Positions 9,345 through 19,344 of a DNA stretch of 64,000 bases are shown here, piece after piece. The notes beneath the pieces are model-generated. The model was not told the origin of the DNA, made no database searches, and saw nothing but the letters and a program-made list of their open reading frames with translations. Position numbers and translations under genes: made by a program. The first letter of the stretch is position 1; every line of letters begins with the position of its first letter. Where the stretch lies: the IMG/VR virus record IMGVR_UViG_3300005613_000001, positions 463,113-527,112 of that record; one strand, given 5' to 3'.

Positions 9345-9506
9345 TTAAAACTCCCAAAAAGGGATGGTTTCGACAGGGATAGGACCATCACCACTACCAC
9401 TAGAACTGGAACTAGAACTGGATGATGTGGGTGGGCGTTGTAGACAATTTTTAATCCAATTAACGAGGCGCTTGAGGGCATCCAATAATTTCTTCAGCCA
9501 TTGCAT
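9345..9506 (-). CDS. 53-aa amphipathic/Ser-rich peptide missing from the ORF track
   Basis: GGAGG SD, then MQWLKKLLDALKRLVNWIKNCLQRPPTSSSSSSSSSGSGDGPIPVETIPFWEF; fills the gap between operon genes. Confidence 0.65.
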   Translation of the reverse strand: MQWLKKLLDALKRLVNWIKNCLQRPPTSSSSSSSSSGSGDGPIPVETIPFWEF

Positions 9507-9507
9507 T

Positions 9508-10503
9508 TTATCCTCCAATGATTTTCAATGGTTGCTTTAACATCTTATCTACTCCTAATAGAATCATGTCTGCTGTAAGTTCTGTCAAACAGGGTTTTGG
9601 ATATGCCTTACTTTTTGGGCAATCGGGCCAATTATAACAAGGTCCACAGTTCCAGTTGCCGTCGTCTCGATGCTTTTGTACAAGTGTCCAATTTTCATAC
9701 CACCTTCCATATACCTTTCCATCGACCATTGTGAAAATACCAACCTGGGGCTTTCCCAAACCCCCGGCCATATGAAAGGTCGCTGTATCGACTGAGACTA
9801 TATAATCCGCTGATGCAACAAAACTCATCCATTTTCTAATAGACCCCATAAGCAAAGGCACTTTTAGATGTTCAAGCATTGGGATTGGACCCGTATGTGT
9901 GTAAAACACATAGCATCCACGCTCCCGTAGTCCGTTTACGACCCCCTCCATTTGATGTGAAATTAAATTTTTAGTCGCCATTGCTGAAATTGGCGAAAAT
10001 AATACTGTTGGTCCACTCTGGGTGCGATGAGACTCAATTTCTCGCTTCGCCTCTATTAATTCTTGTTCACTGAATTGGAAGTGCATATTGTGGTTTTCTA
10101 GTGCAACCCCACAATGGTTAGCCCAAATATCACTTCTATTTTTGCCAGAGAGAGGGGCCATTCTGACTTCATACCGACAGCACGCATTGGTAGTATTATA
10201 AGATGTCAGATAGTCTCCCTGGTCTATTTTTCCAGAATCAACCAGTTCATCTACAAAGGGGTGTCCTTTGATTGCTTGGTGATATATCCCTGGGCAAGCA
10301 AAAACTATCTTAGCATCGGGCATAATCCTTTTAAAATCTTCAAAGATCATTCGGTGAACTAGAATATCCCCTAGTCCCCCATTAGCACGATAAATGAGTA
10401 TAGAATTTCGCTTGTCGCTAAATTCCCTTAAAGACAGATTGGTAGTTCTCTGGCTTTTTTTGACAAGTCTTGATAATAACTTCTTATGCTGAAGTGCTCT
10501 CAT
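9508..10503 (-). CDS. Glycosyltransferase family 9 (heptosyltransferase-like)
   Basis: NGGLGDIL, IVSVDTATFHMAGGLGKPQVGIF, C-terminal CGPC...C...C. Confidence 0.85.
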   Translation of the reverse strand: MRALQHKKLLSRLVKKSQRTTNLSLREFSDKRNSILIYRANGGLGDILVHRMIFEDFKRIMPDAKIVFACPGIYHQAIKGHPFVDELVDSGKIDQGDYLTSYNTTNACCRYEVRMAPLSGKNRSDIWANHCGVALENHNMHFQFSEQELIEAKREIESHRTQSGPTVLFSPISAMATKNLISHQMEGVVNGLRERGCYVFYTHTGPIPMLEHLKVPLLMGSIRKWMSFVASADYIVSVDTATFHMAGGLGKPQVGIFTMVDGKVYGRWYENWTLVQKHRDDGNWNCGPCYNWPDCPKSKAYPKPCLTELTADMILLGVDKMLKQPLKIIGG

Positions 10504-11087
10504 TCAAATAATTTCGCAGGGAATTTAGGAGGCGGCAATTGGTAGAACCGGGGTACTTGTCTTTGGCTGAACGACCCGTGCCCACGCCCTTGACCTTCGC
10601 CTTCGCCTTCTCCTTCACCCTCTCCTTCTACACCAAATGGTTGCCCCCTGCCTTTGCTGGGGTCTGTTGTACCTCTAAAGCTACCGCCTCTTTTTAAATG
10701 TTGTTGGATTGCATGTCCTTGTTCGTGTAACGCTCTGGAATAGGGCAATTCATAAACACGGGGCTCATCTTTTTTAACTTCGAATGGACTATCTTTTTCA
10801 TCAGTGGGGTTTAAATCTTTGGCCCAAACGAGGACACCACCTTCATCATTATCACTGGGTTCATTAATAATAATCCAATATACTTGGAATTTTTCTGGCA
10901 TTTGCTCTGTAGACGGCCAGCCGAACAAGCTATTAATTGCAAACCAAACACCAAAGCCCAAGAATAATGTTGCTGTAATGGTTATCATTTTAATTACCCA
11001 CAGACCTTTAGCTCCAATAACAAACCAAAGGATGAGGGCAGACAACACAATGAAAGCTATAGGAATAGCAGACGTTTCTAAACTCAT
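10500..11087 (-). CDS. Two-TM membrane protein, third gene of the MotA/ExbB-like trio
   Basis: Two N-terminal hydrophobic helices, soluble domain, (GE)n linker; 4-bp overlap with the upstream gene. Confidence 0.7.
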   Translation of the reverse strand: MSLETSAIPIAFIVLSALILWFVIGAKGLWVIKMITITATLFLGFGVWFAINSLFGWPSTEQMPEKFQVYWIIINEPSDNDEGGVLVWAKDLNPTDEKDSPFEVKKDEPRVYELPYSRALHEQGHAIQQHLKRGGSFRGTTDPSKGRGQPFGVEGEGEGEGEGEGQGRGHGSFSQRQVPRFYQLPPPKFPAKLFE

Positions 11088-11734
11088 GGGTCTACCTCCT
11101 CTTCATAATTATTTTCATCAAAACCTCCACCATTAACTGCTTTATCTGCAATGGTCTTGGGCAATTGATTCATACTTACCACGGAGCCCTTTTTGTCTAA
11201 TAAGAACCTGCAAACAGTTTTTTCATCACCATCTTCGTCTAGTGTAACCTTTTTTATAGCCACGGTTTTGAGTGTTGGATTAATTTTATCAATCTGGACG
11301 GTAACCTCAGTAGGTTTATTGGGAGTTCGCTTCGCATACATGTGTACGTTCATTACATACTCACCAGGGATAATACCTCGAATCGTTATAATTTCCCTAT
11401 TTTCGTTATATTTAATTGTCTCACCATCAGGAGTCTTAAAAGTATCATTGCTATGCCCTAAATCGTCACGATCTAAGTGCATTAGTCCATCTTCCCGCCT
11501 CCTAAAGAACACAAGATGGTCAGCGGGGTCTTGCAAATAAGAATCTACATCATTATTTAACTCATTATCCCAAGTGGTTGTAATAACAAACTCAGCTTTG
11601 GCTTCAGAGGCATTATCCAGTTTTGCTTCTGGATTAATTAAAATGTAAGCTATGAAGAATAACGCTACAAATCCCAATAGCGCATTGAATAGCAAATCTA
11701 AGAAGGCTGTATTAGCCCCATAATATTGTCTCAT
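11084..11734 (-). CDS. MotB/ExbD-like single-TM protein with DUF2135/YfaP-like periplasmic domain
   Basis: FLDLLFNALLGFVALFFIA (TM with conserved Asp); W...DVD...P...LDRDD.G...E.I...G.Y...V.MY beta-sandwich pattern. Confidence 0.7.
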   Translation of the reverse strand: MRQYYGANTAFLDLLFNALLGFVALFFIAYILINPEAKLDNASEAKAEFVITTTWDNELNNDVDSYLQDPADHLVFFRRREDGLMHLDRDDLGHSNDTFKTPDGETIKYNENREIITIRGIIPGEYVMNVHMYAKRTPNKPTEVTVQIDKINPTLKTVAIKKVTLDEDGDEKTVCRFLLDKKGSVVSMNQLPKTIADKAVNGGGFDENNYEEEVDP

Positions 11735-12315
11735 TAGATGTCCTTTTTGACTAAATTTAGTCCTTGAGCTAGATTAAAATACTGGATTTTAAGGAGTTGA
11801 GAACAAATTAAACCGATAAGAGTAGTATAGAGGGCTGTAGACATACCTCCACTCATGCTGCTTAACAAATCCTGTACGGACGTGATATCACTTACATCTA
11901 AGGTGCTAAATCCAACGAGCATTAAAATAAAACCACTTACTGTTCCAATCATACCTATATTGACACACATTTCACTTGAAAACCAACCAATTTCTTCCAA
12001 CCTAGATAGCTTCTCAACTTCATCTTCCCACTTTTTTCGTCTTACTTGTTGTCTTTTTCTTTGCTTTGGAGGAAGTGAAGCTTGCGGCCCAGGTCGCGGC
12101 GGCACATCCATATTCAGCACATTACTTAATTTGAATGTTTTCAATCCACACCAAGCTGAGACATATACAAATATCCCAAAAATAACAAAACTAAGTTTGG
12201 TTAAATCTCTTTCCCAAACCTTTTGAAAAGCATCCATATAAAAGGCTGCTACCACTCCCACAAGCACTAAACCGATTACAAGCCACCATTTTAAAAATAA
12301 TTTGTGTTTAATCAT
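11734..12315 (-). CDS. MotA/TolQ/ExbB proton channel family protein
   Basis: IGMIGTVSGF and GGMSTALYTTLIGL signatures; four hydrophobic segments. Confidence 0.88.
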   Translation of the reverse strand: MIKHKLFLKWWLVIGLVLVGVVAAFYMDAFQKVWERDLTKLSFVIFGIFVYVSAWCGLKTFKLSNVLNMDVPPRPGPQASLPPKQRKRQQVRRKKWEDEVEKLSRLEEIGWFSSEMCVNIGMIGTVSGFILMLVGFSTLDVSDITSVQDLLSSMSGGMSTALYTTLIGLICSQLLKIQYFNLAQGLNLVKKDI

Positions 12316-12348
12316 TATATTTTCCTCTCACAAGTAAGAGAGTAATCG

Positions 12349-12386
12349 AAAAAAAATCTCCTCGGGCCAAAGGACCGAGGAGATTT
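12349..12386 (-). terminator. Intrinsic terminator after the 12410-13021 gene
   Basis: AAATCTCCTCGG...CCGAGGAGATTT 12-bp stem followed by a T-run on the minus strand. Confidence 0.85.
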
Positions 12387-12409
12387 ATATTTAATCCGGG
12401 GTTTAATTC

Positions 12410-13021
12410 TTAGCTGTTGCAGCTTGAACGAATGGACAGAAGAACGGCAACATCGGCGTCAGCGGCACCAGATTCACTGTTTGCAACCTGAATCTTGGAG
12501 ACAGCCAAATCACCATTGTTGAAGATCTGCGTATCGGCAGCAGCCAACGTAAAGGTTGCTGTGGTTAGACCATTCAAGCGAACCTGAACAGAACCAGAAC
12601 CATTGTTGGTAATCTGCGTGAACACAGCGGCGGAACCGTATGTGGTCACAACATCTACCTCGTTGTCCGCAAAAGTAGTACCCGCAGTGGCGGAAATCGT
12701 GGTTGCAGCGGGATATGTATTCTCGCCAGCAACGTCAGAATAAACACTACCATCATCACTTACCACTTCAACAATTGCATCTTCAAGAGAGCACTGTGGG
12801 TAAGCAAATCTCTTCCAATAATTACAATCCGTAAATGTCTCCCCGTCAGACAACTTACGATTAATTAAATTTGGACCCATAACATAAACTTGACGTTGCT
12901 TAGAAGGATCAATCTGATCTCCAAGCCCTTGACCCGTAACGGCACCGGCTGATGCGGTGGAGGGGTCTTTGTCCAAAAGGCCCTGTTCAACGTTGTTCAA
13001 CGCAACTCTAAATACGCTCAT
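12410..13021 (-). CDS. Probable abundant virion structural protein
   Basis: Strong GAGGAG SD, own terminator, Ala/Thr/Gly-rich beta-type composition. Confidence 0.5.
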   Translation of the reverse strand: MSVFRVALNNVEQGLLDKDPSTASAGAVTGQGLGDQIDPSKQRQVYVMGPNLINRKLSDGETFTDCNYWKRFAYPQCSLEDAIVEVVSDDGSVYSDVAGENTYPAATTISATAGTTFADNEVDVVTTYGSAAVFTQITNNGSGSVQVRLNGLTTATFTLAAADTQIFNNGDLAVSKIQVANSESGAADADVAVLLSIRSSCNS

Positions 13022-13089
13022 ACCTAACTCCTCAAATATGAATATACAGTATGACTCTCAATCTTCAAAAGTATATATGCAGCTATTAA

Positions 13090-13698
13090 CTATTTTAGAT
13101 CCAAGATGTCCCCATTAAACATCTTTTCATAAAGAGAAGTGCCTAAACCAGTGGGTACTAAACTAGTCTTAATACCTTTTGAGGCGGCAAGATAAAGCGG
13201 TCCACACTCAACGCCTATTACCCAACCCGCATTTAGAACATCAGTAGTGATTTCTGGCTCAAACCCCTGTTTTGCAGCCATTTCGATGACCGCCTCTTTT
13301 TGGAAATAGGACATAGATTTGACAGGATGTAAACCTTCAGGGCATATTGCGCACTTGGCTGTGGGATCATGATGGGGAACATCTACCCGTTCGCAAGCAA
13401 TATTGGAATCATCTAATAAACCGATAATAGGATGTGTTCGCATATTAAATTTCAAGGGTTTAATTAAGGCAAAATCATTCTTTTTTTGGGTCATTTTAGA
13501 GTGACCAAACACCCTTGGATTATTAAACCAGCTTACAAGTTCATCTTTACAGCAAATAAAAATTTCAACACCATTTAATTCTCGTTCAAGAGTCGGTAGT
13601 AAACAATTTAATTGTACCACATATTCGGAAGACTCCCCTAAATACGATATACAAATCCTATCTTTTATTTTTGCATATATAGGTAAAGGCATTCCCAT
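13090..13698 (-). CDS. Degenerate GT9/GT-B-like protein
   Basis: CISYLGE N-terminal strand; AGWVIGVECGPLYLAASKGIKT resembles the GT9 xDSGPxHxAAA motif. Confidence 0.5.
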   Translation of the reverse strand: MGMPLPIYAKIKDRICISYLGESSEYVVQLNCLLPTLERELNGVEIFICCKDELVSWFNNPRVFGHSKMTQKKNDFALIKPLKFNMRTHPIIGLLDDSNIACERVDVPHHDPTAKCAICPEGLHPVKSMSYFQKEAVIEMAAKQGFEPEITTDVLNAGWVIGVECGPLYLAASKGIKTSLVPTGLGTSLYEKMFNGDILDLK

Positions 13699-13826
13699 GA
13701 GTCAATCCGATAAAGAAAAAGCCGCTGCGGCGAGGGCTGGGTTGCTAAGTTTTCTGGGTCAATTTGGCGAACCTGATCCCTATAATAAGATAGTTTTGGA
13801 AGTTCTTTTTGAGGAAATGATAAAAC

Positions 13827-14192
13827 ATGAAGGTATTTCTGTATCTGGCGAAAAGGGACAAAACAGGAGTCAAAGTGCTCGCTCATCTAAGAAGCAATAA
13901 GAGATTATTTGGACGAGTGACCAATCTAAAAGACTTAAATCTCCCGCAAGCATGGGAATCTAGAGTAGAAGGAATCATTCACGAAAACAGAATGTTGTGG
14001 GAACCTTGGGTAGAAACTGCTGAGTCCTATCAAGCATTAAAGAAAGCGATGTTATCTAGGGGTTATACCGCTCTACCAAGCCACTCCATGCCTGTAATTA
14101 GAGGGATAAACGCCTCTGACGAGGTGCAACCTAATAATACAGATAACTTTCAACCATCCAAAACTATGATCCGCAAAGGGAAAAGAAATTAA
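13827..14192 (+). CDS. Hypothetical protein
   Basis: 121-aa ORF with typical composition, divergent from 13090-13698. Confidence 0.65.
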   Translation: MKVFLYLAKRDKTGVKVLAHLRSNKRLFGRVTNLKDLNLPQAWESRVEGIIHENRMLWEPWVETAESYQALKKAMLSRGYTALPSHSMPVIRGINASDEVQPNNTDNFQPSKTMIRKGKRN

Positions 14193-14497
14193 TCCCTTTT
14201 CTTAACAAAACAACGATGAATAGAAAATCCACCTGTAGAAACTTCAATTAAAAAAGTAGTTCCATCCACATCAGCGATGCTTCCGCCATTCTTTTTAAAA
14301 TCTTCTGCTATTTCATGAAGATTACCGTCAAAAGAGATGACATTTGCCGCAATCCTTTTAGCACTGAGTTTGGATACTACCGCTAGTCCAACCAAACTAG
14401 AACTTTTTGGTTGGTTGAATCGAGCAACATTATCCTTTTGTTCTGCTACCCATTTTTTGAAGTCTTCTAGCGATAAATAATTCATTCCCATTCCCAT
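14189..14497 (-). CDS. Hypothetical protein with capsid-targeting-like N-terminus
   Basis: LSLEDFKKWVAE; GGAG SD upstream. Confidence 0.6.
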   Translation of the reverse strand: MGMGMNYLSLEDFKKWVAEQKDNVARFNQPKSSSLVGLAVVSKLSAKRIAANVISFDGNLHEIAEDFKKNGGSIADVDGTTFLIEVSTGGFSIHRCFVKKRD

Positions 14498-14498
14498 T

Positions 14499-15353
14499 TT
14501 AAGCTCCTTCTATATTGAAAAACTCATATATATCCTCTTCTTGTATATACGCTGCATTCGCATATTTAGGGCCACAAGAATGGTCTTTAATTTCTACATC
14601 TATCATTTCTTGATTCCTCAACCAATATAAATTTCCATCAATAATATCATGTGCTGTATGATGTTGTGGATACATATAGAGTTCATTTTCTAATTTTTCA
14701 GCCCCCGGTCTATTATCTTCAAAAGAATCATCACAGCACATAAGAAGAAGTTTGGTTACGCCGAAATGAAAAGCTAAACCAATTGCGGCACAAATGGGAT
14801 TTCTATAATCATCTATTCTATATGCACATCCCGCCCCTGTTCCTTTATAATCCCTTTGAGGGACAGGGACATACCTATAAAGATGACCCCTATACTTTTC
14901 AATAAATTTATGATATGTTCGGGTAGATGTAATGCATTTGGGGAAATATGAATGTTTCGTTGGGAGATAAGATAAACATTCCTGATAGGGGTTATTTACA
15001 ACATAATAATTAATTGCCCCTTTGTGACTTAAATCCCATTTTCGTAAAGCTGAATTAACAGCTAACACAGCGATTTGCCCTTTAGGTAACTTGCCAATTA
15101 TTTTTTGCTTTTCTTCGAAATTATACCCATCGGAAATGATAATAACATTAGGGTGCTCAATTTTGAGATCATCTATTTGTAATGATTTGTGGGAATTATT
15201 GGCTGTCTCATTATTTAAGAACACACTAAAATCTTTTTTTTGAATTAGCGTGTTTATATCTTGACAATTAGAAGTTTTTGCAAAATTGCGAACCCATATC
15301 CCTGATGTGGTTTGCAAATATTCATTGCCATTTCTGTGATTTTTTATTCTCAT
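14499..15353 (-). CDS. Maf/DUF115 (MptE-like) family protein
   Basis: VIIISDGYN, VLAVNSA, AIGLAFHFGVTKLLLMCCD correspond to the GxGPS / I.vN.a / Ai.lA..lG...I.L.G.D pattern. Confidence 0.6.
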   Translation of the reverse strand: MRIKNHRNGNEYLQTTSGIWVRNFAKTSNCQDINTLIQKKDFSVFLNNETANNSHKSLQIDDLKIEHPNVIIISDGYNFEEKQKIIGKLPKGQIAVLAVNSALRKWDLSHKGAINYYVVNNPYQECLSYLPTKHSYFPKCITSTRTYHKFIEKYRGHLYRYVPVPQRDYKGTGAGCAYRIDDYRNPICAAIGLAFHFGVTKLLLMCCDDSFEDNRPGAEKLENELYMYPQHHTAHDIIDGNLYWLRNQEMIDVEIKDHSCGPKYANAAYIQEEDIYEFFNIEGA

Positions 15354-15355
15354 AA

Positions 15356-18300
15356 CTAAACTCTAGGGCAAGGAACAATTGCAACACATTGCAATTCTTC
15401 TTCGCTAGCCCCAGTGAGCTTCTGTATGTCTAAATCAATCTTGACATTGACATCTATTGGCTTGCCCTTGTAAACCATTTCTACTTCCATATCTTCTGGA
15501 GCTTTGAGGTAAATTTCCTCGGGTATATTATGAATTAGAGTAATAGTCTCAGGGATTCCTGTTACTTTAATGCTGTTTGGAATGCCAGAAGCATCTAGCT
15601 GAATCGATTTGGGAAAATCTTCAGGCACTAAAAGATCAATAGATTCAGGTATCGCAGGAGCAATTAATTCAATAGATTTAGGAACATCTGTAGCTGTTAA
15701 CTCAATGGAAGTTGGAATTTCAAAATCAGAAACAATTTTAATTTGTTCTGGGATTTTGGGGCCATCAAATGTAATTTTTTCTGGAATATTCCCTTCTAAC
15801 TTAATAGATTCTGGCAAATCATGCTTTAATTTAATAGCCCTTGGCATCTTGGGGGCAACAACTTGAATAGTAGAAGGAATGCCAAGATCACCAACTTCAA
15901 CAGTCAAAGGGTCATCTTCTTTGAACATATCTTCATCAAAGAATCGTGATGATTGCCTGTTCTTTTTATTCTGCGAAAATGCCTGTGAGGTTGCACTAAC
16001 AGAGCTAGGACACGAAACCGTCACAACACAACTAATAGTGGGTGGATCACTCCATGTAACCGTTAGGTCGGGTGCCTCCATTGTAATCTGAGTTGGTATT
16101 TCACAATCACATACAATTGCAATTTCTGATGGAATATCACAATCACATGTAACATTAATTTCGGAAGGTATATCACAATCACATACAATTGTAATTTCTG
16201 ACGGTAGATCGCCAGAGACATCAGCCCCTAAAACAACTTCAATTTGTGAGGGAAGGGATTGGCTCAAATCATCAGCCGCTCTAATTTCAATTGTCGAAGG
16301 TATTGAACCAGCGCTCTCTCCGGCTTCAATAAGAATAACCGATGTGAAATTCTCCGGCATTGCCCCAAATCCAACCTCAGATGGAATTGGTGTTTCCATT
16401 GGAGCAAATCCAACTTGGGATGGAATTGGTGTGTCCATCGAGCCGAAATCAACTCGGGATGGAATTGGTGTTTCCATTGGAGTAAATCCAACTTGTGATG
16501 GAATTGGTGTGTCCATCGAGCCGAAATTAACTTGGGATGGAATTGATTCCATTGAACCAAATTCCACTACTGAAGGCACAGCATTCCCCGTAAATTCCAC
16601 TACCGAAGGTACAGCATTCCCCGTAAATTCCACTACCGATGGCACCTCATTCCCTGTAAGTGTAATCTCAGATGGAACTGTCCCTGTAAGTGTAATCTCA
16701 GAAGGCAGAGAACTCTCCCCGAATTCAACTACCGATGGCAAAGGACTGTCCGCAAAATCAATTATTGATGGTACATCATTCCCTGTAAGTGTAATCTCAG
16801 AAGGAACACTCAAACCCGTAAGTGTAATCTCAGATGGTATATCATCATTCACCTGAATCATTGATGGCACACTATCTGTAACTGTAATCTCAGACGGCAC
16901 TTCCAAACCCGTAAGCGTAATCTCAGATGGTATGTCATCCATCACCTGAAGCACTGATGGAATATCATGATTTACTTCAATTATTGATGGAATATGATCC
17001 GTAGGTCCAAAATTAATTACCGATGGAATATCATGTTCTACTGTAATTATTGATGGAATATGATCTGTGGGTCCAAATTGAATTAATGATGGAATATCAT
17101 GTTCTACTGTAATTATTGACGGAATATGATCCGTAGGACCAAATTGAATTATTGATGGCAAGTCATGTACTACTTCAATTACCGATGGGAAAGGAAGAGG
17201 TACAGGTCCAAAATTAATTACCGATGGAATATCATGATCTACTACAATTACCGATGGAATATGATCTGTGGGTCCAAATTCAATTATTGATGGTAAATCA
17301 TGCACTACTGAAATAATTGATGGAATATCATTGGGAAAATATCCAAATTCAATTAACGACGGAATATTAACAGGACTAAATGTAATATTCGATGGAATAT
17401 CAACGGGACCAAATGTAATCACAGATGGAATATCAACAGGGCTAAATGTAATCACAGACGGAATTTCAACTTCTCCGAATAAAATAATAGACGGGAAATT
17501 AACCGCGTCTCCAACAACTGAAATTACCGAGGGTATATTGACGGGTCCAAATAAAATAATTGATGGAATGTCAAGAGGCCCAAAATTGATTATTGATGGG
17601 ATTTCAAGAGGCCCAAATTCAATTAATGTTGGGATGAAAATGTCACCAAATGGACTAAAACTTAGAAGAAAACTTGGGATATCAAAATCTAAACTTATAC
17701 AAGGAAATAAAATAGGCGGCACAATAACTTCAGGCGGCAAGAAGTCGCAGTCAGGAATATCACAATTGGGATAATCAGGAACTTCAGGAACCGGAATTTC
17801 CAATATTGGATTTACATACCCCGGAGCAGGCAAATTAGATTGGTGTCGTATAGTAGGTGTTTGCACAACTTGGCAACGAGGGTCTGTTACAATTACCACT
17901 GGGTCAATAGTAGAATTAGGCGCATATCTGTGAGTGCCCTGTGTCTCAGTAGTGGTAAATGTTCCATCACCAAAATCTAATTTATATTGAGTGTATAGCC
18001 CTTCAATGTCTATATTGTATTCTAAATCAACACCAACACACTCATTGCTTGTCTCAGCAACCTTTGTTTCAAAGCTGCCCACTGTCACACAGAAATCATC
18101 TAAACACAAAGGGGTTTCATCAAGACACCGAATACGGAAATCTAAAGTTTCTGTATCAACGTCATAGTTGTAACCTATAAACTCTTCAAGATCTATTACA
18201 GCATCAGCTAACTGGTTGTGGTGTTCGGCAACTACCATACCGCGAACTATTGTGCCTGTTCGGGGGCAAATAGCAGTGCCAGCTATAGTTGAATTATATT

Positions 18301-18595
18301 GTGTTTCTTCACCACCTAGATTTCTTAAAGCCTTTTTGAGAACATTAATTTTACCATTAGCATCATATCCAACATCTGCATAATAAAATAATTCTCCTCC
18401 TATAGTTGCAAAACCGTTGGTAGGCCAGATTTCCGTTTCATTTATCCCAACTGGCACAATATAGACTTCTTCCGACCACGGCTGATTATCAGTCGCCAAC
18501 ACACTCTCTACAGTGTTATTGACTAGATAAAGCGTGTGATTGCTGTTAATCCCCAGGGGATATACAGGAGTTGGGGGGAAGTTTTGTTGTGCCAT
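15356..18595 (-). CDS. Repeat-rich PKD-domain fibre/appendage protein
   Basis: Shared YP...AEHHN.L.DA N-domain, DFGDG PKD motif, dozens of 11-12-aa (I/L)PS.I.(F/V) repeats. Confidence 0.7.
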   Translation of the reverse strand: MAQQNFPPTPVYPLGINSNHTLYLVNNTVESVLATDNQPWSEEVYIVPVGINETEIWPTNGFATIGGELFYYADVGYDANGKINVLKKALRNLGGEETQYNSTIAGTAICPRTGTIVRGMVVAEHHNQLADAVIDLEEFIGYNYDVDTETLDFRIRCLDETPLCLDDFCVTVGSFETKVAETSNECVGVDLEYNIDIEGLYTQYKLDFGDGTFTTTETQGTHRYAPNSTIDPVVIVTDPRCQVVQTPTIRHQSNLPAPGYVNPILEIPVPEVPDYPNCDIPDCDFLPPEVIVPPILFPCISLDFDIPSFLLSFSPFGDIFIPTLIEFGPLEIPSIINFGPLDIPSIILFGPVNIPSVISVVGDAVNFPSIILFGEVEIPSVITFSPVDIPSVITFGPVDIPSNITFSPVNIPSLIEFGYFPNDIPSIISVVHDLPSIIEFGPTDHIPSVIVVDHDIPSVINFGPVPLPFPSVIEVVHDLPSIIQFGPTDHIPSIITVEHDIPSLIQFGPTDHIPSIITVEHDIPSVINFGPTDHIPSIIEVNHDIPSVLQVMDDIPSEITLTGLEVPSEITVTDSVPSMIQVNDDIPSEITLTGLSVPSEITLTGNDVPSIIDFADSPLPSVVEFGESSLPSEITLTGTVPSEITLTGNEVPSVVEFTGNAVPSVVEFTGNAVPSVVEFGSMESIPSQVNFGSMDTPIPSQVGFTPMETPIPSRVDFGSMDTPIPSQVGFAPMETPIPSEVGFGAMPENFTSVILIEAGESAGSIPSTIEIRAADDLSQSLPSQIEVVLGADVSGDLPSEITIVCDCDIPSEINVTCDCDIPSEIAIVCDCEIPTQITMEAPDLTVTWSDPPTISCVVTVSCPSSVSATSQAFSQNKKNRQSSRFFDEDMFKEDDPLTVEVGDLGIPSTIQVVAPKMPRAIKLKHDLPESIKLEGNIPEKITFDGPKIPEQIKIVSDFEIPTSIELTATDVPKSIELIAPAIPESIDLLVPEDFPKSIQLDASGIPNSIKVTGIPETITLIHNIPEEIYLKAPEDMEVEMVYKGKPIDVNVKIDLDIQKLTGASEEELQCVAIVPCPRV

Positions 18596-18627
18596 ACCTA
18601 ATTATTTACATTCTATTTTATAGATTT

Positions 18628-19323
18628 TTACCGGATGTTGCTATTTTTCCTACGCTGATTAACTTCTGTGAGACCTTGTGAATTACACCAACCGTTTGTT
18701 TGGCTATGACAATTAGGACATAAAAATTGCAAATTAACAGGTCTATCGTCTAAAACATTTCCATTCTTGTGATCTACTTGCAATCTCAATTCTTCTCCAC
18801 ACCATGAATCTCCAATTCCGCACTTCTCACAAATATATTTTCTTCCACTTTCAATCAAAGCTCGCCGCAGGACATAAGATAGATGTCTTCTACCCTCTTT
18901 TCTTTTTACAAGTATTTCATTAGCACTTTTCCTTTTATTTCCACCTTTATGTCTTTTGCCCGAGTTTGCCTTTCTTCCCAAAAAATGGCTTGTATCTATT
19001 TGATATTCTTTAATTCTTGTTTTTAAATAATTGTGAATTCCACCGTGCCACTTTACGCCCAAATGATTACAAAGTTCTGCATACGATACACTTTTGGCTA
19101 CTGCATCTTGCAATACTTCTTTAGTATATTTGCGTGGATGATTTCGCCCGACAAAGTGTGATGTGTTTATTCCAAACAATTTAGCTTTCTTTTGCACGTT
19201 GCAAATGTTTCCTCCATGTACAGGCAGTCCCAAACCCCTCACTACGCCACTCCAAGTTATATTTTCGGAAATCAAATATTGTAATTTTTCTTTGTCCATA
19301 TGTTTATATATTAAATCATCCAC
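18628..19323 (-). CDS. Free-standing HNH homing endonuclease
   Basis: CEKC...LQVDHKNG...NLQFLCPNCHSQT; two repeated N-terminal helical units; inserted between paralogous fibre genes. Confidence 0.9.
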   Translation of the reverse strand: MDDLIYKHMDKEKLQYLISENITWSGVVRGLGLPVHGGNICNVQKKAKLFGINTSHFVGRNHPRKYTKEVLQDAVAKSVSYAELCNHLGVKWHGGIHNYLKTRIKEYQIDTSHFLGRKANSGKRHKGGNKRKSANEILVKRKEGRRHLSYVLRRALIESGRKYICEKCGIGDSWCGEELRLQVDHKNGNVLDDRPVNLQFLCPNCHSQTNGWCNSQGLTEVNQRRKNSNIR

Positions 19324-19344
19324 TTTTTTTCATCATCCACTGGT

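Noticed and set aside
13697-13900. 67-aa plus-strand ORF
   Set aside because: Overlaps the better-supported 13827 ORF by 74 nt; cannot be supported
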